From: an uncultured Gemmatimonadales bacterium
GTDB lineage: Bacteria > Gemmatimonadota > Gemmatimonadetes > Gemmatimonadales > Gemmatimonadaceae
Reading direction: 5' to 3'
Assembly: GCA_963707505.1 (NCBI GenBank)
Contig: CAVPQB010000005.1
Location: 64,001-128,000, forward strand
DNA: 64,000 nt
Of this stretch, positions 56,633-64,000 are shown piece by piece. Below the pieces are notes generated by a model. It had not been told where the DNA came from. It searched no databases and saw nothing but the letters and a program-made list of their open reading frames with translations. Made by a program: the position numbers and the translations under genes. Positions within the stretch are counted from its first letter, which is position 1. The number at the start of each line of letters is the position of its first letter.

Positions 56633-58247
56633 ATGCCCGGACGCTGGTTCCAAGCAGCAATTTTCACCCTCACGGCGTCGCTGTGCGCTGGCGCCGCTGG
56701 TGCCCAGGCGATCACCGGATTGGGCGAAGATGCATCGATCACGCCGTCTGGCAGCTTCCGGATCAAGGTGGAAAGCGACTGGTCGTACTGGGATCAGCTG
56801 TTCGTTTCGCCCAAAGCCGGGCGTGGCGGGAGTGCTCCAGCCGCTCGGCGGCCGGTTCAGTCTCGACAGCGTCGGGGTGGCACAGCTGTCCATCCTCAAG
56901 CCAGTTCAGGACACCTTACGGGCAATCACGGGGGTGTCAGGCCTCAACGTGTCGATCGGCAAGACAGTTACACAGGTGACGGACCGGGTCGCGAACGTTC
57001 CAATATCTCTCGAGGCTGGAATCTCGCGCTGGCTGTCGGTGACGGCGATGGTGCCGATCGTGCACACGCGGACGAGCGTGTTCTTTCGTGCGAACCCCGG
57101 GGCGAACGAGGCGAATCTGGGCCCCAATCCGGCAGCGGCCGGAGATGCTGTCGCGCGCGCAACCGATTCCATCTTCACGGCACAGGTGATCACGGCCGCG
57201 ACGGCGGTGAAGGCCTATTGCTCCGGCGCGGGCGCACGTGATCCTCAATGCACCGGATCTGCGGCGCTCGTCACGTCAGCGACGGGATTCGGCAATTCGA
57301 TCGCGTCGCTTTACATGAATGGCGCGCTGGTGCCGACGCGCGGAAGTACCGTGCAGAGCGCAGTCGATGCGCGCGTCACCAGCGTGCGCGGCGCATTGAA
57401 TGCGTTCGCCGCGAATCCTGCAACGGGAGTGCCCGCCATCACAGCAACAGGTGTCGTTGGAGCCCCGACCCCGTTGGCGACTCCGGGCGTGCAGACACTG
57501 CTGAGCGATCCGTCATACGGCGTTGCGCTGCAGCCGTTCCAGACGATCGAGCGAACGGGCCTCGGGGATGCGGAGCTGACGGCGAAGTTGCTGCTGTTCG
57601 ATTCATTTCGGTTACGCGATGCATCGCGCTTCACACCACATGGAATCAATGCACGGCTTGCCGTTGCTGGTGGGTATCGGTTTCCGACCGGATCGCTTCC
57701 GGCGTCCGATGCGCTCACTGACATCGGAACGGGGACGCATGCAGCCGCGGTTCTCGCGCGCGGCTACCTGGACATTCTGCTCGGAGGCCACTTCTGGGTC
57801 TCCGGCGTCGCGCGCTATGCGAAGGCGACGAGCGATTCGATGACGGTACGGTACGCGCCCGGCGTTACGTTCCCGCCGGCGACCAGCGCAGTTGCTGTGA
57901 CGCGTCAACTAGGAAACATGCTCGAGATCGAGGCGACACCGCGCTGGGTGTTCAACGATTTCATCTCGCTCGGCGGCCAGTATCTGTATCGTCACAAGAC
58001 GGCGGATGCGTACACGGCGGCCGGCGTTGCGCTACCGGACCTGGGGCTTGGTACGGACTTCAAGGAGCAGCGAGTCGGTGGCGGCATCGCGTTCTCGAAT
58101 GCACACGCAGTCAGTCTGGGGAAGTCGAAGATTCCGTTCGACGTGAGTTATCTGCATACGGAGACGATCAGCGGGACTGGTGGTGCGGTGCCGAAGTTGA
58201 TCAACGATCAGATCCTGATTCGGTTGTATTGGCGGTTGAAGCGATAG
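56633..58247 (+). CDS. Hypothetical exported/outer-membrane protein (frameshift near 56815)
   Basis: Signal peptide MPGRWFQAAIF..AGAQA in one frame continues as PGVAGVLQPLG.. in the next; beta-strand-rich, aromatic C-terminus. Confidence 0.7.
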
Positions 58248-58296
58248 ATCGGCGAGCCACGTCATCCTCGCCGAAGACGGGGATGACGACTGCCCC

Positions 58297-59964
58297 TTAC
58301 GCGCCCGCGGCCTGCAACAATTCCTTCGCGTGCGCCCTGCTTGCCTTGCTTTCGGGATCGCCGCCCAACATGCGCGCGATTTCGGTCACTCTATCGTTGG
58401 CCGAGAGAACGCTGATGTCCGCGGTAGTCACGCCTTCACGCGCGCCCTTTGCAACCACTATGTGATGATGCGCGCGCGCGGCAATCTGAGGCAGATGTGA
58501 TATCGCGAACACCTGATGCTGCTCGGCGACGCGACGCATCGTGTCGCCTACCTGCAGGCCGACGCGGCCTCCGATCCCCGCGTCGACTTCGTCGAACACG
58601 AGAGTCGGGATGTGATCAACTGCGGCGAGCACGGTTTTAAGCGCGAGCATGACGCGCGCGAGCTCGCCGCCGGACGCCACTCTTGCGAGCGGTCTCGGGT
58701 CGTAACCGACGTTCAGCGCGACACGAAATTCCACGTCCTCGGCGCCTTGCGGCGATATTTCCGCGCGCGACGTCAGTGCAACCGTGAAGCGGCCGGAATC
58801 CATCCCCAACTGCGGAAGCTCCGCAGACACTGCCTTGCCAATTGCGGTCGCGGCGCGCTTGCGAAGCGCTGTGAGACGCGCTGCCGCAGCGTGCAGCCGA
58901 TCCGACGCGTCGCCTTCCTGCTTCCGGAGCTGCGCGACGTCGAACTCGGCTGAATCGACGAGATCGAGCTCGGCCTGCGCCTCGGCGCCTGTCGTGATGA
59001 CGTCGGCGAGCGTACCGCCGTACTTCTTGCTCAGCCGGAAGATCAGCTCGCGGCGAGCACGGACACCGGCGAGACGCTCGGGGTCCAGTTCAACCGAAGA
59101 CGCATAGTCGGATGCTGCACGCGCAAGCTCGTCAAGCGCGTAGAAGCCAGTATCGTACAGCTCCTGCATCTTTGACGCGCTTGCGTCGATCCGTGAGATC
59201 TGGCCGAGCGCACGATGGACCGATGCGAGGCGCGCAAGCGCTCCGTCCTCATCATCGCTCAGTGCCTCCGACACTGCCTGCGCAAGTGTACGCAGCTCGT
59301 CCGCGTTCTCGAGAACGCGCGCGTCGTCTTCGAGCGTGACGTCCTCGCCCGGGACGAGCTGCGCGTCGCTGATCTCGCGTGCGACGTGTCGCAGGTAGTC
59401 CGCACGACGCTCGGCATCCGCGCGCCGCTTGGTTATCTCTTCGATTCTCCGGCGGACTGCCGCGAGCGAGGCGTACTCCGATGCAACGTCGCGCGCGGCG
59501 GAAGTAGCGTCCGCATACGCGTCCAGAATCTGGCGTTGCGACTCGTCATCGAGCAACGTCTGCGCTTCGTGCTGGCCGTGCAAGTTGACGAGCGCGCGAC
59601 CGATCTCCGCGAGGATCGTCGCCGTGACGGGCGTACCGTTCACCCAGGCGCGGCCGCGTCCTGACGCGGCGATCTCACGCTTGAGCACCAACGTTTCTCC
59701 CTCCGTTTCGATGCCTCGCTCATCGACGAGCGCGACAAGAGCCGGACGCTCCGACAGATCGAACACTCCCTCGACCGTCGCACGGTCGGCGCCAGGGCGC
59801 ACGAGATCGGCGCTGGCCCGCTCTCCCAACAGCAATCCCAACGCGCCCACGATTATCGACTTGCCCGCTCCAGTCTCGCCCGAGAGAACATTCAGTCCGC
59901 GTTCGAGAGGAAGCGTTACCGAATCGATTATCGCAAAGTTCCTGATTCGAAGTTCGGTCAGCAC
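58297..59964 (-). CDS. recN: DNA repair protein RecN
   Basis: LRIRNFAII, SGETGAGKS, HGQHE, VASGGELARVMLA, FDEVDAG. Confidence 0.96.
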   Translation of the reverse strand: MLTELRIRNFAIIDSVTLPLERGLNVLSGETGAGKSIIVGALGLLLGERASADLVRPGADRATVEGVFDLSERPALVALVDERGIETEGETLVLKREIAASGRGRAWVNGTPVTATILAEIGRALVNLHGQHEAQTLLDDESQRQILDAYADATSAARDVASEYASLAAVRRRIEEITKRRADAERRADYLRHVAREISDAQLVPGEDVTLEDDARVLENADELRTLAQAVSEALSDDEDGALARLASVHRALGQISRIDASASKMQELYDTGFYALDELARAASDYASSVELDPERLAGVRARRELIFRLSKKYGGTLADVITTGAEAQAELDLVDSAEFDVAQLRKQEGDASDRLHAAAARLTALRKRAATAIGKAVSAELPQLGMDSGRFTVALTSRAEISPQGAEDVEFRVALNVGYDPRPLARVASGGELARVMLALKTVLAAVDHIPTLVFDEVDAGIGGRVGLQVGDTMRRVAEQHQVFAISHLPQIAARAHHHIVVAKGAREGVTTADISVLSANDRVTEIARMLGGDPESKASRAHAKELLQAAGA

Positions 59965-60830
59965 TGTTTGGGTTGATCGCGTGTCGGAAGTCCGCCCCAG
60001 CCTAGCTTGACGCGGAGCCGATCGAAGAAGCTGTTGCCGGGAAAGCGAACTATACGCACTGCGCGCGGCGCGCGGCGAACCGTTAATGTGTCTCCCGAAG
60101 CCAATCGCGTACCGGCCTGTCCGTCGACGGTGATCAGCACCTCGTCGGGACCATCCAGCGATTCCAGCGTCACGGTAACATTCGGTGGAAGGACTATCGG
60201 CCGAATCGCAAGCGCGTGTGCAGAGATCGGCGTGAGGATGATGGAATCGAGCGATGGCGTGACGAGCGGGCCGCCAGCCGACAGACTGTACGCGGTGGAA
60301 CCGGTCGGGGACGCTACGACGATTCCATCACTGTTGTAGTCGCCGAGCGTTTCGCCGTCGACTATGACGCGGACACTCAGCATGCGCGCGAAGCCACCCT
60401 TGTGCATCACGATATCGTTGAGCGCCTGCCACTCTTCCGTGGGAGTTCCGTCACTGTGCTTCGCTTCACCGCGCAGTGCCATCCGCTCGTCGACGTCGTA
60501 GTCCCCGGCAACCACGGCTTCGAGCGCAGATTTGAGTTCCGGCGCGCTGCAGCTGGTGAGGAAGCCCAGCCTTCCCAGATTGACACCAAGGATGGGCACC
60601 GCTGCACCGTCGAGAAAGCGCGCAGTGCGGAGTAACGTGCCATCACCCCCAAGCGATAGCGCAAGGTGAATCTGCGCTGGCGACTTGAGTAAACGGTCGT
60701 CAGGAACGTCGAGCAGACCGGGTTCGAAATACAACGTCGCGCCAAGCACGCGTGCTTCGCGCTCGAGCACGTCCATGATGGAAGCGAGCGCGGGGTATCC
60801 TCGGTGACCGATTACCCCGATGTCGATCAT
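59958..60830 (-). CDS. nadK: NAD kinase
   Basis: LGGDGTLL, GVNLGRLGFL, SPTGSTAYSLSAGGP. Confidence 0.95.
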   Translation of the reverse strand: MIDIGVIGHRGYPALASIMDVLEREARVLGATLYFEPGLLDVPDDRLLKSPAQIHLALSLGGDGTLLRTARFLDGAAVPILGVNLGRLGFLTSCSAPELKSALEAVVAGDYDVDERMALRGEAKHSDGTPTEEWQALNDIVMHKGGFARMLSVRVIVDGETLGDYNSDGIVVASPTGSTAYSLSAGGPLVTPSLDSIILTPISAHALAIRPIVLPPNVTVTLESLDGPDEVLITVDGQAGTRLASGDTLTVRRAPRAVRIVRFPGNSFFDRLRVKLGWGGLPTRDQPKQC

Positions 60831-62725
60831 CCGGCGACGGTCTCGGCGGCACTACCGTGAAGAACACGCACCCGCTCCGCAATTCCGGCCGCATCGAGTC
60901 CAGTCAGCTGAAGCTGACGCGCGCGCGATGCCTGCTCGATGAACTTGTCAGCGACTCCGTGCGCCATGACGCGAACGGCGGGATCCAGTCGCGCGACGAC
61001 AGAGGTCATGTACGCGCCGAAGCCATTGACCACAGTTCCTTCCTCGACGACGAGGAGATGCCGGTGGTCCGCGAGAAGCGCGTTGAGTGTGACCTCGTCA
61101 TGCGGCTTGAGGAAACGGCAGTTGACAACAGTGACCGACAAGCCTTCGGCGGCGAGAATGTCTGCTGCAGCGAGGGCATTGTTGACCATCGGACCCACGG
61201 CGAGCACCGCGAATTCGGAACCACGACGCAGCACTTCCCATGTTCCAAACGGGATCGGAGCGATCTCCGCGATCGGAGGAACGATGTCGGGCGATGCGTC
61301 GCGCGGATATCGCAGCGAGAACGGTCCGCCCTTGTGCGCCATGCTGGTGCGCAGAAGCCCAAGCATCTCGCTGCCGTTCCGGGGCGCGGTTACGGTCGCA
61401 CCTGGAATCGAAAGCATGTACGCTATGTCGTACAATCCCATATGTGTCGGGCCGTCCTCGCCGACGAGGCCGGCTCGGTCCATCGCGAACACGACGGGTA
61501 GATGCTGCAGAGCGACGTCGTGTATGACGTTGTCATACGCACGCTGGAGGAAAGTGGAATAGATCGCGCACACCGGCTTGATCCCGCGCGTGGCGAGACC
61601 GGCCGCGAATGTAACCGCGTGACCTTCCGCAATTCCAACGTCGAAGAATCGCTTGGGAAAAGCCTTCGCCATGACTCCGGTACCGGTTCCGCTCGGCATT
61701 GCCGCAGTAATTGCGACGAGCTTGGGATCGATGGCAGCAAGCTCTGCCAGCCCCTTTCCAAAAACCGCGGTGTAGCTCGGATTCGCGGATGACGCCTTGA
61801 CCTGCTTGCCGGTTGCCGGGTCGTGACCTGCGGGGAGAGCGTGCCACTTCTCGACGTTCTCGCCCGCGGGAAAGCCCTTCCCCTTCTTCGTGACGACGTG
61901 AACAAGTCGCGGGCCTTCCATGGGGCGCACCGCTGCGAACGTCTCGAGAAGAAGGTCGATGTCGTGTCCGTCGATCGGCCCGAAGTAGCGGAAGCCGAGC
62001 TCCTCGAACAGCACGCCCGGCGTGAGGAACGACTTCATGCTCTCTTCCCACTTGCGCACCAGCGTGCTCATTCCCTGCAGCGGTCCGGGCATGCTGTCGA
62101 CAACCGTACCGATGGTCGAGCGCAGCCGGTTGTAGATCGGATTGCGCTGCACCGAGTTGAGATACTTGGCCATCGCTCCAACGTTCGGAGCGATGGACAT
62201 CTCGTTGTCATTCAGCACGACGATGAAATCGCGGCCTGATGCCCCTGCGTTATTCAATCCTTCGTATGACAACCCGGATGTCAGTGCGCCGTCGCCGAGC
62301 ACAGACACCACTTTGAATGACTCGCCGGAAATGTCGCGCCCGACCGCCATTCCAAAACCGGCGGAGATTGCCGTGGCAGCGTGGCCCGCGCCGAAGGTGT
62401 CGTACGGGCTCTCGGAGCGCTTGAGGAAGCCGGACATGCCGTTCTCGGTGCGCAGCGTGTCGAAGCCGCTGGCACGGCCGGTAAGGAGCTTGTGCGGATA
62501 ACCCTGATGACCGACATCCCACACGATCTGATCGGTGGGGGTGTCGAAGGCCGCGTGCAGCGCGATGGTGAGCTCGACCACGCCGAGTCCCGCGCCGATG
62601 TGACCGCCGGTTCGCGAGCATGAGTCGATGAGGAATGCGCGCACTTCGTCAGCGAGCGTGCGCAGCTCGTCGCGCGTGAGAGTCTTGAGGTCCGACGATG
62701 AAGCGATCCTTTCGAGTATTGCCAT
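60827..62725 (-). CDS. dxs: 1-deoxy-D-xylulose-5-phosphate synthase
   Basis: GGHIGAGLG, WDVGHQGYPHK, GDGAL, LNDNEMSI, DRAGLVGEDGPTH. Confidence 0.97.
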   Translation of the reverse strand: MAILERIASSSDLKTLTRDELRTLADEVRAFLIDSCSRTGGHIGAGLGVVELTIALHAAFDTPTDQIVWDVGHQGYPHKLLTGRASGFDTLRTENGMSGFLKRSESPYDTFGAGHAATAISAGFGMAVGRDISGESFKVVSVLGDGALTSGLSYEGLNNAGASGRDFIVVLNDNEMSIAPNVGAMAKYLNSVQRNPIYNRLRSTIGTVVDSMPGPLQGMSTLVRKWEESMKSFLTPGVLFEELGFRYFGPIDGHDIDLLLETFAAVRPMEGPRLVHVVTKKGKGFPAGENVEKWHALPAGHDPATGKQVKASSANPSYTAVFGKGLAELAAIDPKLVAITAAMPSGTGTGVMAKAFPKRFFDVGIAEGHAVTFAAGLATRGIKPVCAIYSTFLQRAYDNVIHDVALQHLPVVFAMDRAGLVGEDGPTHMGLYDIAYMLSIPGATVTAPRNGSEMLGLLRTSMAHKGGPFSLRYPRDASPDIVPPIAEIAPIPFGTWEVLRRGSEFAVLAVGPMVNNALAAADILAAEGLSVTVVNCRFLKPHDEVTLNALLADHRHLLVVEEGTVVNGFGAYMTSVVARLDPAVRVMAHGVADKFIEQASRARQLQLTGLDAAGIAERVRVLHGSAAETVAG

Positions 62726-62732
62726 CTGCCTG

Positions 62733-63632
62733 TCAGTGCGTGCGAGTAATCACCAGATCGGCCAGGTGGCGAAGCTCCTGGCTGAGCAGGTTGTGTTCCT
62801 GCAACGTTTTGCAACCCTGCCTTGCGAGGGCAACAGCGCGATCCATTGCACCATTCACACCCAGCAACGCCGGATATGTGCTCTTGCCCAGCTCCGCGTC
62901 GCGCCCAACCGTCTTGCCGAGCGCGTCTGAGGAGGAAGTGACGTCGAGCACGTCATCCACTATCTGGAACGCGAGGCCGATGTCGGCACCGAAGCTGCCA
63001 AGGGCCTCGACAGCCGGACGGGTGGCGCCGGCCGCCATGCCACCGACCTTTGCAGACGCGGCCATCAGTGCACCCGTCTTCGCACGGTGAATCCGTTCCA
63101 GCTTTTCGAGCGAATCTGCCGGAATGTCTTCGGCAATGAGGTCATGAAGCTGTCCTCCAATCATACCACTCGCGCCGGCCGCCTGCATCAATACCGCAAC
63201 GATCGGCGCTGCACGTGGGGCGCCACCGTACATCCCCCGCATCGAGCGCGCGGCCGCGGCCGCCGCGATCGGGATAATCGCGACGCCAGCAACGACAGTC
63301 GTGGGGACGCCGCACGCCTTGTGGGTGGTCGGACGCCCGCGCCGCATGTCGTCATCGTCCATGCAGGGGAGATCGTCGTGCGCAAGTGAATACGCGTGCA
63401 GCATCTCCACCGCGGCTGCCAAACCGTAGACATTGCCCCCGCCGCCGGCTGCGCGATATGAAGCTGCAACGAGAATTCCACGCAGACGCTTGCCGGGCCC
63501 GGAAAGAGTGTAGCGGACAGCCCTGGTGAGCCGCTCCGACATTGCCGGAAGCAGCTCGCAGGTCGCGCCCAGTGCAGCGTCGATGTAGCTGCGATCGGAT
63601 GCGAAGTCCACAGCGTGGTTTGGCTCAGACAT
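62733..63632 (-). CDS. ispA: Farnesyl diphosphate synthase (polyprenyl synthetase)
   Basis: GKRLR, HDDLPCMDDDDMRRGRPT, GQ..D, KTGAL, FQIVDDVLD, GKSTY. Confidence 0.93.
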   Translation of the reverse strand: MSEPNHAVDFASDRSYIDAALGATCELLPAMSERLTRAVRYTLSGPGKRLRGILVAASYRAAGGGGNVYGLAAAVEMLHAYSLAHDDLPCMDDDDMRRGRPTTHKACGVPTTVVAGVAIIPIAAAAAARSMRGMYGGAPRAAPIVAVLMQAAGASGMIGGQLHDLIAEDIPADSLEKLERIHRAKTGALMAASAKVGGMAAGATRPAVEALGSFGADIGLAFQIVDDVLDVTSSSDALGKTVGRDAELGKSTYPALLGVNGAMDRAVALARQGCKTLQEHNLLSQELRHLADLVITRTH

Positions 63633-63837
63633 CGATCTCGCGCGTCTCGAAGACGCCTTCCGCGCTCTCGATGAGCAGTTGAACGCGACCTTCGGCCCTG
63701 GTCAGCTCGTCCGATGCGAGACGAAGTATCTCGATTCCCTCCTCGAACAGCTTGAGCGCGTTGTCCAGTGGTAGTCCATCACCTTCAAGATCAGCGACTA
63801 TTTCCTGAAGCCGCTCGACTCGCTTCTCGTAGCTCAT
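63625..63837 (-). CDS. xseB: Exodeoxyribonuclease VII small subunit
   Basis: SYE..RLQEIVADLEG..LPLDNALKLFEEG. Confidence 0.92.
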   Translation of the reverse strand: MSYEKRVERLQEIVADLEGDGLPLDNALKLFEEGIEILRLASDELTRAEGRVQLLIESAEGVFETREIDV

Positions 63838-64000
63838 GGCTTTTCCGCGACCCGCGCGGCAACGTCACCGTCGCGCAATGTGAGAGTGAAAGGCGCGCCG
63901 GGTTTGAAGTCGGCGACGCTTGCGAGCGTTGTCTTGCGGGTCGTGTCGCGCGCGACCGCATAGCCACGCGCAAGCGTTGCAAGCGGACTCAGCACGTTGA
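63834..64000 (-). CDS. xseA: Exodeoxyribonuclease VII large subunit, 3' fragment
   Basis: Minus strand reads NVLSPLATLARGYAVARD..LRDG..; TGA overlaps xseB ATG. Confidence 0.88.
   Translation of the reverse strand, partial: NVLSPLATLARGYAVARDTTRKTTLASVADFKPGAPFTLTLRDGDVAARVAEKP

Overview
GC-rich bacterial core-chromosome window; 16S sequence and gene order suggest Gemmatimonadota (inference, not a database match). It is mostly long minus-strand housekeeping operons. These are: xseA-xseB-ispA-dxs-nadK-recN; a lysine/DAP operon (M20 peptidase-asd-lysC-dapB-dapA-dapD) joined to aroA-cmk; rimP-nusA-L7Ae-infB-rbfA-truB-ribF-secD-secF-tatD; ridA-murI, lpxH, lptE, rfaE2-rph-rdgB; a 16S-23S-5S rRNA operon followed by era; prfB-lysS-lolCE-lolD-mcsA-mcsB-clpC; and bamA-skp-lpxD-lpxC. 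There are four tRNAs. No CRISPR array, transposase or integrase is visible. Many essential genes carry frameshifts (densest at about 1-1.1 kb and 34.4-42.4 kb), best explained as consensus errors. The most interesting items are: (1) a GGDEF gene coupled to a Zn-ribbon protein with a RomX-like C-terminal domain; (2) a two-gene unit of a small Cys/His protein and a Rad52/22-family annealase with a Zn ribbon and an SSB-like DEIPF tail, preceded by operator-like repeats; (3) domain-trimmed RimP, Cmk and TruB; (4) sigma54-like promoters in front of stand-alone small genes, including a PEP-CTERM protein; (5) a REP-like palindromic element with stuttered partial copies.
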